This document shows positions 12,548 to 26,416 of a DNA stretch of 64,000 nt, in pieces. The notes beneath the pieces are model-generated. The model did not search any database. It was not told the origin of the DNA and saw only the letters and a list, made by a program, of their open reading frames with translations. The stretch is from positions 55,182,001 to 55,246,000 of the forward strand of contig CM059432.1 of assembly GCA_030390025.1 (NCBI GenBank), in the 5' to 3' direction. Within the stretch, counting starts at the first letter, position 1; each line of letters opens with the position of its first letter. The position numbers and the translations under genes were made by a program. This DNA is from Squalus acanthias. Taxonomy: Eukaryota.

Positions 12548-13605
12548 GGGCTGGATTTTCAATGACCCATGGAGTCGGGTTTGGAGGCGGGGGGAAGGTT
12601 AAAGTTGCAGATTTTATGGGGTTATGGGGATAGGATGGGATATGTTAGGGGGAATTAAATACGTGGGGTTACGGGGGTAGGGTGGGATATGTGTACTGTG
12701 GGGATTAAAGCAGGGACAGGGTACTGGATTTGGATGATCAGCCATGATCGTATTGAATGGCGGAGCAGGCTCGACGGGCCGAATGGCCTACTCCTGCTCC
12801 TAGATTCTATGTTTCTATGTTTCTATTCGGGGGTCCCGACCCCATCCCGCCTCCAACCCGCCTCCATGCCAGTTTCTCTGGCGACGGGTACCCGACCTGT
12901 TCTTAGACCCGACTCCCCGAGGCGGGAAGGGATTAGTGACAATTAACTGCCTGTTAACAGGTAGTTAACAGGCAGTTTTTTGCATAATCCCTATTTTAAA
13001 AAGAAAAGTGTGGGCTTCCCGACAGGTGGCAACCACAGCAAGTTATCGGGGCGGGCCGTGGGTCTGCAGGGGTTGGAGGGGTCGATATGTCCGGTGGGCA
13101 GGTGAGTGATGGGTGCATGTGTGCAGAGGTAAGTGTGTAAGGTAAGTGCTAAGTGTTGGAAAAAGTTTTACTTACCTTAACTTCCTCCTGCAGGCATCAG
13201 CCCTTCAGTTCTCGGGAGTTAGAAATCTCACCGGCACAGAAAGCAGGAAAGCCGTGGTTCTGTCAAAAATGGCAGCCTTCTGTTTTCTGTGCTGGAATGA
13301 TTTCTAACTCAGCCTGAGAGGAAGGACTGAAGTTAGAAATCATATTGTGAGTGTTTGACAGCTTCACAAAGCTGTCAAACGCTGATATTTCATCTGTCAA
13401 AAGCTCTTGACAGATGAAATGTCAGTCTGTGACGTCACCTGTTGCCGGGTGGCCCTTAATTGGCCTGCTGAGCCCACTGGGCGGGCTCAACAAGGTCAAT
13501 CAAGGGAAAATACAGTGGGTTGGCCACATCTCGATGGAGGCGGGTTCACAAGCCAGAATGTGTGATTCCCGACCCCAACCCGACCCCAGTTTCAAAATTC
13601 AGCCC
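12548..13605. mobile_element. Harbinger-type MITE with a CR1 3'-tail insertion (~12611-12826)
   Basis: TIRs GGGCTGGATTTT / AAAATTCAGCCC, flanks AAA/AGA. Internally homologous to 31127-31927 (shared ttaactgcctgttaacaggtagttaaca and tttgacagcttcaca...ctgtcaaa palindromes). Confidence 0.8.
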
Positions 13606-15112
13606 AGAGTGTTTGATTGTGAGTGTTGGATGTGCAAGATTACATGATTTATACCCTAAGGAAGGGAGGAAGTAGGGGAATGTCTCACCCCAGAAAAAAA
13701 ATATTCTTTAGTGTACTTCCAATATTTAAGACGACTGTAATTCTGCCTTTCAAGCTAAAATAATTTATTACATAGAATTACATAGAACGTCCAACACAGA
13801 AACAGGCCATTCAGCCCAACTGGTCCATTCCAATGCCTATGCCCCACACGAGCCTCCTCCCACCCCTCTTCATCTAACCCTATCAGCATAACCTTCTATT
13901 CCTTTCTCCCTCATGTGTTTATCTAGCTTCCCCTTAAATGCATCTATACTATTCACCTCAACCACTCCTTTTGGTCGTGAGTTCCACATTCTCACCACTC
14001 TCTGGGTTAAGAAGTCTCTCCTGAATTCCCTGTTGGATTTATTAGTGACTATCTTATATTTATGGCCCCTAGTTTTGGTCTCCCCCATGAGTGGAAGCAC
14101 CTTCTCTACGTCTGCCCTATCAAACCCTTTCATTATTTTCAAGACCTCTATCAGGTCACCTCTCAGCCTTCTCTTTTCCAGAGAAAAGAGCCCCAGCCTG
14201 TTCAATCTTTCTTGATAGGTATAACCTCTCTGTTCTGGTATCATCCTTGTAAATCTGTTTTGCACCTTCACCAATACCATAAATCTTTTTTATAATATGG
14301 AGACCAGAACTATGCACAGTGTGGTCTAACCAACGTTCTGTACAAGTTTAACATAACCTCTCTGCTTTTCAATTATCTCCCCCTGGAAATGAACCCCAGT
14401 GCTTTGTTTGCGTCACTACTTTTAGTGATTTGTGTATCTGTACCCAGAGATCCCTTTACTCCTCTACCCCAGTTAGACTATTCTCTCAAAATGCACCACC
14501 TCACACTTACCTATATTTAGATTAATTTGCCATTTACACGCCCATTTTATTAATGTCTTCCTCTATTTTGTCGCAATCTTCCTCAGTATTAGCTATACCC
14601 CCCAATTTGGTGTCATCTGCAAATTTTGAACTGTACTTCTCATTTACATAAATGGTGAACAACAGTAGTCCCAGCAGCGAATATTAAATATTGGTCTTCC
14701 CAATAATGAATGTAGAATTAGGTCAACCCACAGAGGCTTCAACTTTCCTTTATTATGGAGCAGACCTTTCTTTTTGTCTCCTGTGTTAACAAAGTACAGG
14801 CTGTCATCTGTCCTTTCAGACACAATTGGAGGAAATTTTGGCTCATCCAATCTGAGTAACTACCCTTAACCCCTACTCTCTTTTCTATTTTGTAGCCAGC
14901 TTGCTATCCATTTTGCTGCTTGTCCCCTGACTCCACAAGCTCTGACCATAATCATGTGTCTACTATGTGGTACCTTTTCAAAGGCCTTTTGAAAATCCAA
15001 ATATGTCTACTACATTACTCTTTCTGTTACTTATTCAATGAATTCAATAAGGCTGGTCAAACATGACCTTCCCTTTTGAAATCCATGCTGATTATTCTTT
15101 ATTATAGTTTTG

Positions 15113-15844
15113 GAGGGAAAAATTGGGTTGCTTTGCGCCTCCCGTTAGAGCCCCCGGGGGGTGCTAAAAGGGCGCAAAACCCCTAGCGGCCAGGCACGGC
15201 GCCGCTAACACCTCCCGCGAAATTCAGCGGGAGGTTAGCGGCAGATGTAGCCGGCAGCGCCCCATGGCACTGCGCCGCCAGTGATGATGTCATCACCGTG
15301 CGCAGCACCCCGCTCGCGCCCCAGCCGCAAACTTGGGTAGTTGCCCCCTGACCTATCGCTGGTCAATATGTCCGACAGGGTCAGGATGGCGTTTTTGCAG
15401 CCGCGGTGGCGATAGTTAAAGGCCAGGTGTCGGGTGGACATTTTTTTTTGGCCGACTGCCAGCACCTGCCCCTTCCCCTTTTTTATTCAGGGTGCCAGCC
15501 GTGATCGCTCAACCCAGCATTCCTCTTGAGTGCCGGGCTGCTTTCCCAGCATGCCGCTCCCCGGTGGTCCAGCAGGACCCCGGTGCACGCAGCACTAGGC
15601 CCCTCCCCTTTAATCAGGGAAGGGAGGCTTGCAATACGTGCTGCTACGTGCCGACACGCGTGGCGCTGTTGCACGTAGCGTTGCAATATTCAGTTGTAGC
15701 GCCCCAGGAAGGAGGCGGAGTGCTTCCAGTAGCGCCCCGCCTGCTGCTTGGGGCACTACCACTGAATTTACGGCGCAGGGGCGCTAACTTTAGTGCCCTG
15801 GTGAAGTTAGTGCCCCAAAGGGGGTGCCACTGAATTTCTCCCCC
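15113..15844. mobile_element. Harbinger-type MITE (732 bp)
   Basis: TIRs GAGGGAAAAATT / AATTTCTCCCCC, TSD TTG/TTG, TAGCGCC-rich. Interrupts an old CR1 RT frame. Confidence 0.85.
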
Positions 15845-15879
15845 TTGGTTTCTAGATGTTTTTCTATTACATCTTTCAG

Positions 15880-18800
15880 CAATTGTAACTGGGTGTGGCT
15901 CCAAAGGTATAAAAGTAAACAGTATTTGCTGACACACAGAGTGGTCAGCACAGAGTGTCTTAAACAGAGTGCACTTAAACAGAGTGTTGAAACTTGGGAA
16001 TTTGGAGAGAGTGGGAATTCGGAGCAGAGGGGGAAGGAGGTGCTGCTTTTTGCCTCCAATACTTGTAGTGCTTTGTGTTACAGGCAAATATTTAATTTCA
16101 TCTACCTATAACTTAAACTAGATCTGGTAGGTAATTACTTAAAAACTAAACTGTAAGCTAAGTTAATTAAATACATAGGGGTAAAAATTCACTTGGTTGC
16201 GCCTCCCGTTAGCGCCTTAAGAGGGCGCTAATGGGGCGCAAAGCCGCTAACGCCCGGGCGCAGCAATGTTTGCGCCGCTCGAGAACTTAACTTGAGATTG
16301 TGCGGCGGCGCTAAAACTTACCGCTGCGACCACCTGCGCGCGCAGATTGTGACGTCATTCCATGGTGCAACGCCCTTGGGGCGCCCCGTAGCGGAAATTG
16401 AGTGGCGCCCCCTGCCTTACCGCCTGGCGCTTCCAACGACCAGAAGACTGGAACGCTATCAATCGCTGTGGGGCTGGGGGGGGCGCTATTTAAAGGGGGC
16501 CTCTTCCTGTCTTTTATTGTTGGTGGCATTTTTGAACTACGCATTCTGAGAGAGAGAGGGAGAGACTTCTGGAGAGATTCAACGTTGTGTGAAGGAGTTT
16601 TGGGTACTGAGCAGCACTTTGCAGGTTCATTTTGATTTGCCATTCCTTGTATCGATTTAGCAGAGACTGTGGGAGCTGCACTCTGAGCTCTTTGCCTGGT
16701 ACTTTCCATTGTTCTTTCCAGCACATTTGATGTGCAAGTCTCTCCAGGCCGAGATTCAAGGCAGCAATGAACAGGATGTGGATGGAAAGCAAGATTAACC
16801 ATCCCCTTTAAGAACTGGCCCGTGCCATTGTGTGTGTGTTCCATTGCTGACTGACATTACATGAGCTTCGCCAGCGCTCCGAGTTAGTGCCTCACTGCTC
16901 GGCCTTTGCGCCTTAAGAGAGGTGTGCAGCGCCTGCTTTAGCGCTCCACTCACCTCCCGGGGCGGTAAATGTGAAGTTTCCTGTCAGTGCCGATAATTAG
17001 CGCCAGGCGCTAATATTTGCGTCCGGACGATATTTGCGCCCCAAATGGGGCGCGACCTAATTTCTACCCCATAAACTTTAATTAACGAAATAATTGAAAC
17101 AAGGTTATAAAGGGATGGCAGTGCAGGTGGTGGGCCCTGACTGCAGCATGTGGGAGTTTGTGGAGAGCATTGCGATCCCGGATGACCATGTCTGCAGTAA
17201 GTGTCTGCAACTCAAGGAACATCAGCTCAGCGTTGTTGAGCTGGATTCCGAGGTGCAGACATTGCGGGGCATCAGGGAGGAGGAGAGTTATCTGGACACT
17301 TTGAGCCAGGAGGCAGTCACACCCCTTAGGTTAGGTAGTAGTACAGGTCTGGTTAGTGGTCAGGGACAGGAGGGTGTGACTGCAACTCAAGCAGGTAAGG
17401 GGCAGTGCTGGAGGAGCCTCAGCCTTTGCCCTTATCCAACAGGTATGAGGTTCTTGCTGCCTGTGTGGATGAGGGCAAAATCTGCAGGGTGGATGAGCAA
17501 ACTGACCATGGCACTGTGGTACAGTGGGGGGAGTGAAAAGGAATGTTGTAGTGGTAGGGGACAGTATATTCAGGAATATAGATACTGTTCTGTGCAGCCG
17601 CGATCGGGAGTTTCGAAAGCTATGTTGCCTGCCTGGGTTAAGGATATCTCCTCGTGGCTGGAGAAGAATTTGGAGTGGGAGGGGAAGGATCCAGTTGTCG
17701 TGGTCCACATAGGAACCAACAACATAGGTAGAACTAGGAATGAGATTCTAGTTTGAGGAGCTAGGGTCCAAATTAAAAAGCAAAACCTCAAAGGTAATAA
17801 TCTCTGGATTGTTACCTGAGCCACGTGCAAATTGGCATAGGGACAAGCAGATCAGAGAGTTAAATGCGTGGCTCAAACAGTGGTGCAGGAGGAAGGGGTT
17901 TTGATTCATGGGGCACTGGCAGCAGTACTGGAGAAAGGGAGAGCTGTTCCATTGGGACATTCTCCACTTAAACCAGGCTGGGACCAGTGTCCTGGCAAAT
18001 CAAATAACTCAGGGTGTAGATAGGGCGTCAAACTAAAAAGGTGGGGGGGGGGCGGGGCGGGGAGGCGGGGGCAGTCAGGTGAGGGGAAATTTAGAAATAG
18101 AATCATAGCATCATAGAATGGTTACAGCATAGAAGGAGGCCGTTTGGCCCGTCGAGCCCGTGCCGGCTCTCTGCAAGACTCCCACTCCCCTGCCCTTTCC
18201 CCGTAGCCCGGCAATTTCCTTTCTTTCAGGTACTTAATAGAATCATAGAATGGTTACAAATCTAAAGAGAAAAGTGAAGGCAATGGAGCAGTGTAGCGAT
18301 TTGGGTAAAGATAAGCAGAGTGTGACAGGAAGGGACAGAGAGTTTAAAGGTAATCATGCATCAGCGAATAAGATGAAAGCAGGGAATAATGGTAAAAGGT
18401 TAAAACTAAAGGCTCTTTACCTGAATGCACGAAGCATTCGTAACAAGGTAGAACGAATTAGTGGCACAGATAGTGATAAATGTATATGATCTAATAGCCA
18501 TTACAGAGACATGGTTGCAAGGTGACCAGAGTTGGGAACTAAGTATTCCAGGGTACTTGATTTATCGAAAAGACAGGCAGACTGGAACAGGAGTGGGGTG
18601 GGGGGGGGGGGGGCGGGGGGCAGTAGCCCTGATAATTAAGTATGACATAAGGACAGTAGTGAGAAAGGATCTTGGCTCAGAAGATCAGGAAGTAGAATCA
18701 GTATGGGTGGAGATAAGAAATAACAAGGGGCAGAAAACAGTGGTGGGAGTAGTTTATAGGCCCCCTAACAATAGCTATACAATTGGACAGAGTATTAATC

Positions 18801-21126
18801 AAGAAATAATAGGAGCTTGTAACAAAGGTAATGCAATAATCATGGGGGACTTTAATCTGCATGTAGACTGGGCAAATCAAATTGGCAAGGGTAGTCTGGA
18901 GGACAAGTTCATGGAATGTATTCGAGACAGTTTCCTAAAACAATATATCATGGAACCAACCAAGGAACAGGCTATTTTAGATCTTGTTTCATGTAATTCA
19001 ATGAGGTTAATTAGTAAACTTATAGTAAAGGATCCTCTAGGAAAGAGTGATCATACTATGATAGAATTTCACATCGAGTTTGAAAGTGACATTCTTAAGT
19101 CCGACACTAGAGTCTTAAACTTAAACAAAGCCAATTACATAGATATGAGGGGCGAGTTGGCTAAGGTAGATTGGGAAATTAGATTAAAAGGTATGACAGT
19201 AGATAAGCAGTGGCAAACATTTAAAGAAATATTCCAAAATTCTCAACTAATATACATTCCATTGAGAAATAAAACCTCTAGGGGAAAGTGATCCATCTGT
19301 GGCTAACTAAAGAAGTTAAGTATAGTATTAGATTAAAGAGGTGTATAATGTTGCAAAGAATAGTAGTAATAGGGGGAGCTTTAGAAACCAGCAAAGGATG
19401 ACCAAAAAATTGATAAAAGGGAGAAAATAGAACATGAGAGTAAATTAGCAGGAAATATAAAAACAGATTGTAAGAGCTTCTACAAGTATGTAAAAAGGAA
19501 GAGAGTAGCAAAAGTAAGCATTGGTCCCTTAGAGGCTGAGACAGGAGAAATTATATTGGAGAACAAGGAAATGGCAGAGGCTTTAAACAAATATTTTGTA
19601 TCTTTCTTCACAGTAGAAGACACAAAAAGTATAGCAAAAATAGTGGGGAAGCCAAGGGGCTAATGACAGCGAGGAACTTAAACTAATTAATATCAGCAGA
19701 GAAAAAATACTTGAGAAACTAATGGAACTAAAAGCCAACAAATCCCCTGGACCTGATGGCCTACATCCTAGGGTTCTAAAAGAGGTGGCTGTCGAGATAG
19801 TGAATGCATTGGTTGTGATCTTCCAAAATTTCCTAGATTCAGGAAAGGTCCCAGCGGATTGGAAGTTAGCAAATGTAGCCCCACTATTTAAGAAAGGAGG
19901 GAGAGAGAAACCGGGAACTGCAGGCCAGTTAGCCTGACATCAGTCATCGGGAAAATGCTGGAATCCATTATTAAGGAAGTAGTACAGGGTACTTAGAAAA
20001 TCATAGTATGATTCAGCAGAGTCAGCATGGTTTTATGAAAGGTAAATCGTGTTTGACAAATTTATTAGAGTTTTTTGAGGATGTAACTAGCAGGGTAGAT
20101 AAAGTGGAACCAGTGGATGCAGTATATTTGGATTTCCAAAGGGCATCCGATAAGGCGCCACATAACAGGTTGTTAAGCAAGATAAGGGCACATGGGGTTG
20201 GTGGTAATATTTTAGCATGCATAGAGGATTGGTTAAAGGACAGAAAACAGAGTAGGAATAAATGGGTCATTTTCAGGTTGGCAGGCTGTAACTAGTAGGG
20301 TGCCGCAAGGATCAGTGCTTGGGCCTCAGTTATTTACAATCTATATTAATGACATAGATGAAAGGACCGAGTGCAATGTATCCAAGTTTGCTGACGATAC
20401 AAAGCTAGGTGGAAAAGTAAGATGTGAGGAGGACACAAAGAGCCTGCAAAGGGATATAGACAGGTTAAGTGAGTGGGCAATAAAGTGGCAGATGTAGTAT
20501 AATGTGGGGAAATGTGAGGTTATTCACTTTGGTAGGAAGAATAGAAAAACAGAATATTTTTTAAAGGGTGAGAAATTATTAAAGGTTGGTATTCAGAGAG
20601 ATTTGGGTATCTTAGTACAAGAAACACAGAGAGCTAGCATGCAGGTACAGCAAGTGGCAAATGAGAGGGTTGTCCTATGAGGAGAGATTGAGTAGATTGG
20701 GCCTATACACTCTGGAGTTTAGAAGAATGAGAGGTGATCTCATTGAAACATATAGGATTCTGAGCGGGATTGACAGGGTAGATGCTGAGAGATTGTTTCC
20801 CCTGGCTGGAGAGTTTAGAACTAGGGGGCATAGTCTCAAGATAAGGTGCCGGCCTTTTAAGACTGAGATGAGGAGGAATTTCTTCACTTAAAGGGTTGTG
20901 AACCTTTGGAATTCTCTGCCCCAAAGTGCTGTGGATGCTGAGTCATTGAGTATATTCAAGGCTGAGATAGATAGATTTTTGGACTCTAGAGGAATTAATG
21001 GATATGGGGATAGGGCAGGAAAGTGGAGTTGAGGTCGAGGATCAGCCATGATCTTATTCAATGGCGGAGCAGGCTCAAGGGGCCGTATGGCCTACTTCTC
21101 CCCCTAATTCTTATGTTCTTATGTTA
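15880..21126 (+). mobile_element. Near-full-length, degenerate CR1 LINE inserted into an older CR1
   Basis: ORF1 relic ~17114-18035 and ORF2 relic ~18400-21030 with many stops and shifts. ttcttatg tail at ~21107-21125. The flanks rejoin as the old CR1 frame GKIMESLL|KDVIEKHLE. Confidence 0.9.
16178..17070. mobile_element. Non-autonomous Harbinger deletion derivative (893 bp) of the 32547 family
   Basis: The left ~370 bp and right ~330 bp are nearly identical to the ends of 32547-36716. TSD ATA/ATA. Sits in the 5' UTR of a CR1. Confidence 0.92.
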
Positions 21127-24100
21127 AGTAAAGATTCCATTATCTTTCCTACCACCAATGTTAAGCTAACTGGTCTATAATTCCCTGGTGCCAGTCCTCT
21201 GGCACAATTCCCTTTTCTAATGAATTTTTATATTATCTGTATAAATATATATATAATAGTGCCTCTGCTATCTCTTACCTAACTTCTTTTAATATGCGCG
21301 GATGCAATCCATCCGAACCAGGGGTTTTAACTTCTCTTAAGTTTGATTAGTTTACCAATTATCTCCTCCCTTTCTATCCTAAATCTTTTCATAGCTTTTT
21401 GATCTCTTCTTCTAATGTCATGTCACCTTGTTAGTCTCCCTGGTAACTACTGAGGAAAAGTAACTGTTCACTATTTCTGCTATTTTTCTATCATTACCTG
21501 TGAGTTTATCTTGTGCATCTCTTAGTGGCCCTATATTCTGGAAGGGTTGTAGATATTTTAAATATGAAAATAAAGTAGTTAGATTTCAATACAACTTTAC
21601 AGGATCCAGTCCTTTCCATGGGAATTTAATCATTATCAATTCTGAATTTGGTCCAGACATAGTTACATAAGAACATAAGAAATAGGAGCAGGAATAGGCC
21701 ACTTGGCCCCTCGAGCCTGCTCCGCCATTCAATAAGATCATGGCTGAACTAAGGCTCAAAGCCACTTCCCCGCCCGCTCCCCATAACCTTTCATTCCCTT
21801 ATCTTGCAAAAATTTGTCTATCTCCACTTTAAATGTATTTAATGACCCAGCCTCCACAACTCTCTGGGGCAGAGAATTCCACAAATTTACGACCCTCTGA
21901 GAGAAGAAGTTCCTCCTCATCTCAGTTCTAAAAGGGCGACCCTTTATTCTGAGACTGTGCCCCCGAGTTCTAGATTTTCCCATGAGGGGAACCATCCTCT
22001 CTGCATCTACCCTGTCGAGCCCCCTCAGTATCTTATATGTTTCGATAAGATCACCTCTCATTCTTCTAAATTCCAATGAGTATAGGCCCAGCCTGCTCAA
22101 CCTTTCCTCATAAGTCAAACCCCTCATCTCTGGAATTAACCTAGTGAATCGTCTCTGAACTGCCTCCAATGCAAGTATATCCTTCCTTAAATAAGGAGAC
22201 CAAAACTGTACACAGTACTCAAGGTGTGGTCTCACCAATACCTTGTACAGTTGTAGCAGGACTTCCCTGCTTTTATACTCCAACCCCCTTGAAATAAAGG
22301 CCAACATTCCATTTGCCTTTTTGATGACTTGCTGTACCTGCATGCTAACTTTTTGTGTTTCATGCACAAGTACCCCCAGGTCCCTCTGAACTGTAGCATT
22401 TTGTAATCTCCATTTAAATAATAGTTTGCTTTTTTATTTTTCTTGCCAAAGTGGATAACCTCGCACTTTCCCACATTATACTCCATCTGCCAAATGTTTG
22501 CCCACTCACTTAACCTGTCTATATCCCTTTGGAGATTCTTTGAGTCCTCTGCACAACTTGCTTTCCCACCCATCTTTGTGTCATCCGCAAACTTGGCTAC
22601 ATTACACTCGATTCCTTCATCCATGTCATTAATGTAGATTGTAAATAGTTGGGGCCCCAGCACCGATCCTTGTGGCACCCCACTAGTTACCGTTTGCCAA
22701 CCAGAAAATGACCCATTTATCCCGACTCTCTGCTTTCTGTTAGTTAGCCAATTCTCTATCCATGCTAATATATTACCCCCAACTCCATGAGCTCCTATCT
22801 TATGCAGTAACCTTTTATGTGGCACCTTATCAAATGCCTTCTGGAAATCCAAATACACCACATCCACTGGCTCACCCTTGTCCACCCTGCTTGTTACATC
22901 CTCAAAGAATTCCAGCAAATTTGTTAAACATGATTTTCCTTTCCTAAAACCATGCTGACTCTGTTTGACTGCAGTATGTTTTTCTAAATGCCCTGCTACT
23001 GCTTCCTTAATGAAGGACTCCAGCATTTTCCCAAAGACAGATGTTAGGCTAACTGGTCTATAGTTTCCTGCTTTCTGTCTCCCTCCTTTCTTAAATAGGG
23101 GTGTTACATTAGCGGTTTTCCAATCCGCTGGGACCTCTCCAGAGTCCAGGGAATTTTGGTATATTGCAACCAATGCATCCACTATCTCTGCAGCCACTTC
23201 TTTTAAGACCCTGGGATGCAGGCCATCTGGTCCAGGGGACTTATCGTCTTTTAGTCCCATTATTTTACCGAGTATTATTTCCTTAGTGATAGTGATTGTC
23301 TTTAGTTCCCTACTCCCTGTGGCCCCTTGATTATCCATTATTGGGATGTTGTTACTGTCTTCTACAGTGAAGACAGATGCAAAATATTTGTTCAGAGTCT
23401 CTGCCATTTCCCCGTTCCCCATTATTAATTCCCCAATCTCATCCTCTAAGGGACCAATGTTTACTTTAGCTATCCTCTTCCTTTTTATATACCTGTAGAA
23501 GCTCTTACTATCTGTTTTAATGTTTCTTGCCAGCTTACTCTCATAATTCATCTTCTCTCTCTTTATTATTTTTTTAGTCATCCTTTGCTGGTTTTTAAAA
23601 TTTCCCAATCCTCTGGTCTCCCACCAATCTTGGCAACATTGTATGCCTTCGTTTTCAATTTGATACCATCCTTTACTTCCTTAGTTAGCCACGGATGGTG
23701 CTCCCTTCTCTTAAAATCTTTCTTTCTCGCTGGAATATATTTTTGTTGAGAGTTATGAAATATCTCCTTAAATGTCCACCACTGCATTTCAACTTTCTTA
23801 CCGTTTAATTTGTTTTTCCAGTCCACTTTAGCCAGTTCTGCCCTCATGCCATTATAATTGCCTTTGTTTATGATCAGGACACTGGTTTGGGATACAACTT
23901 TCTCACCCTCCAACTGAATTTGAAATTCAACCATGCTATGATCACTCTTTCCTAAAGGATCCTTTACTATGAGATCATTTATTAATTCTGTCTCATTACA
24001 TAGTACCAGATCCAAGATAGCCTGCTCCCTGGTTGGTTCCATTACATACTGTTCTAGGAAAACATCCCAGGTGCACTCTATGAACTCCTCCTCCAGGCTA

Positions 24101-25519
24101 CCATGGCCAATTTGATTTGTCCAATCAATATGGAGATTAAAATCGCCCATGATTATTACCGTACCTTTTTTTATAGGCCTCCATTATTTGTTGATTTATA
24201 CTCTGTCCAACGGCATTGCTACTGTTCGGAGGCCTGTATTCTACGCCCACCAGAGACTTTTTCCCCTTATTATTTTTTATCTCCACCCAAACCGATTCTA
24301 CATCTTGATCTTCTGAGCCAATATCACTTCTCACCACTGCACTGATCAGATCTTTTACCAACAAAGCCACCCCACCTCCCTTTCCTTTCTGTCTATCCTT
24401 CCGTATTATCATATACCCTGGAATATTCAGTTCCCAGCCCTGGTCGCCTTGCAACCACGTCTCTGTATTGGCGATCAGATCATACCCATTTGTATCTATT
24501 TGTGCCGTCAACTCATTTATCTTGTTACGAATGCTGCGTGCATTCAGATATAGAGCTTTTAACTTTGCCTTTTTACCATTTTTCCTTGTTTTGGCCTTTT
24601 TTTCTGTTACACTCTTATTTTTAAACATTCTGTCCCTTCCTGCCACACTCTGGTTATTATTTCCCCCATCTCTAGCCTGCTCTATTGCTTTCTCATTTCT
24701 CATTGACTTTTTATTTTCCCACTCACCTGGATCCTCCCCCCCACTATTTAGTTTAAAGCACTCTCTACAGCCCTAGTTATTCGATTTGCCAGGGCTCTAG
24801 CCCCAGCATGGTTCAAGTGAAGCCCGTCCAAACGGAACAGCTCCCTCTTATCCCAGTACTGGTGCCAGTGCCCCACAAATCGAAACCCATTTCTCCCACA
24901 CCAGTCTTTGAGCCACTCGTTCATTTCTCTGATCTTTTTTACCCTATGTAATTTCGCTCGTGGCTCAGGTAGTAATCCAGAGATTATTACCTTTGTGGTT
25001 CTGCTTTTTAATTTAGCCCCTAGCTGCTCATACTCTCTCAGCAGAACCTCTTTCTTTGTCCTACCTATGTCATTGGTACCTACGTGGACCATGACAACTG
25101 GATCTTCCCCCTCCCACTCCAAGTTTCTCTCCAGCCCAGAGGAGATGTCCTTAACCCTGGCACCGGGCAGGCAACACAGCCTTCGGGACTCACGCTCTTG
25201 GCTGCAGACAACAGTATCTATCCCCCTCACTATACTGTCCCCAATCACTACAACATTTCTTTTTGCTCCCCCCACTTGAATGGCTCCCTGTACCATGGTG
25301 TTGTGGTCAGTTTGCTCATCCTCCCTGTAGTCCCTGGCCTCATCCACACAGGGAGCAAGAATCTCGTACCTGTTGGACAAGGCCAAGGGCTGAGGCTCCT
25401 CCACCACTACCTCCTGGATCCCAGTACCTGCCTTGCTTGTAGTCACACCCTCCTGTCCCTGACCATGGGCCAAATTGGAATTAATTATTCTAGTGGGTGT
25501 GACTGCCTCCTGGAACATA

Positions 25520-26416
25520 GGGGGAGAAATTCAGTCTCGCCCCATTTGGGGCGCAATTATCGGCCAGGCGCAAAGATTAGCGCCTGGCGCTAATTATCGC
25601 CACCGACTGCAAACTTGACTTTTATCGACCCTGGAGGTGATTGGAGCGCTAAATCAGGCGCTTCACACCTGTCTTAAGGCGCAAAGGCCGAGGAGCGAGG
25701 CGCTACCTTAGAGCGCTTTCGAAGCTCATGTAATGTCAGTCAGCAATGGAACACACACACAATGGCACGGGCCAGTTCTTAAAGGGGATGGTTAATCTTG
25801 CTTTCCATCCACATCCTGCTCATTGCAGCCTTGAATCTCGGCCTGGAGAGACCTGCACATCAAATCTGCTGGAAAGAACAATGGAGAGTACGAGGCAAAG
25901 AGCTCAGAGTGCAGCCCCCACAGTCTCTTCTAAATCGATACAAGGAATGGCAAATCAAAATGAACCTGCAAAGTGCTGCTCAGTACCCAAAATTCCTTCA
26001 CACAACGTTGAATCTCTCCAGAAGTCTCTCTCTCTCTCTCTCTCTCAGAATGCGTAGTTCAAAAATGGCACCAACAATAAAAGGCAGGAAGCGGTCACCT
26101 TTAAATAGCGCTCCCCCTTTCCCTTCATGACTGCAGAACGCTCCCCTCAACCTGTCGTTGCTAGCGTCAGGTGGTAAGGCAGGGGGCGCCACTCAATATC
26201 CGCTCCGGGGCGATACCGGGGCGTTGCGCACTCGACTGACGTCACGATCTGCCGGCGCAGGAGATCGTGGCGGTAGTGTTTAGCGCTGCCGCAAAATGTC
26301 TAGTTAATTTTGCGAGCGGCGCAAACTTCGCCGCGCCTGGGCGCTAGATGCTTTGCGCCCCATTAGCGCCCTCTTAAGGCGCTAACGGGAGGCGCAACCA
26401 ACTGAATTTTCCCCCC
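25520..26416. mobile_element. Non-autonomous Harbinger (897 bp), same family as 16178-17070 in the opposite orientation
   Basis: TIRs GGGGGAGAAATTCAG / CTGAATTTTCCCCCC. TSD ATA/ATA. Splits CR1 ORF1 at ...YLDT|MFQE... Confidence 0.92.

Larger units (their letters stand above)
13769..21535 (-). mobile_element. Older CR1 RT/3' fragment split by a MITE and a younger CR1 (own sequence ~13769-15112, 15845-15879, 21127-21535)
   Basis: C-terminal motifs RLNRLGLFSLEKRRLRGDLI and TRGH. acatagaa tail at the left end. Frame continuity across both insertions. Confidence 0.85.

Noticed and set aside
15913..21132. AAGTAAA as the TSD of the + strand CR1
   Set aside because: The host CR1 reading frame rejoins at 15879/21127, placing the boundary about 35 bp further left. 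The match is probably chance.
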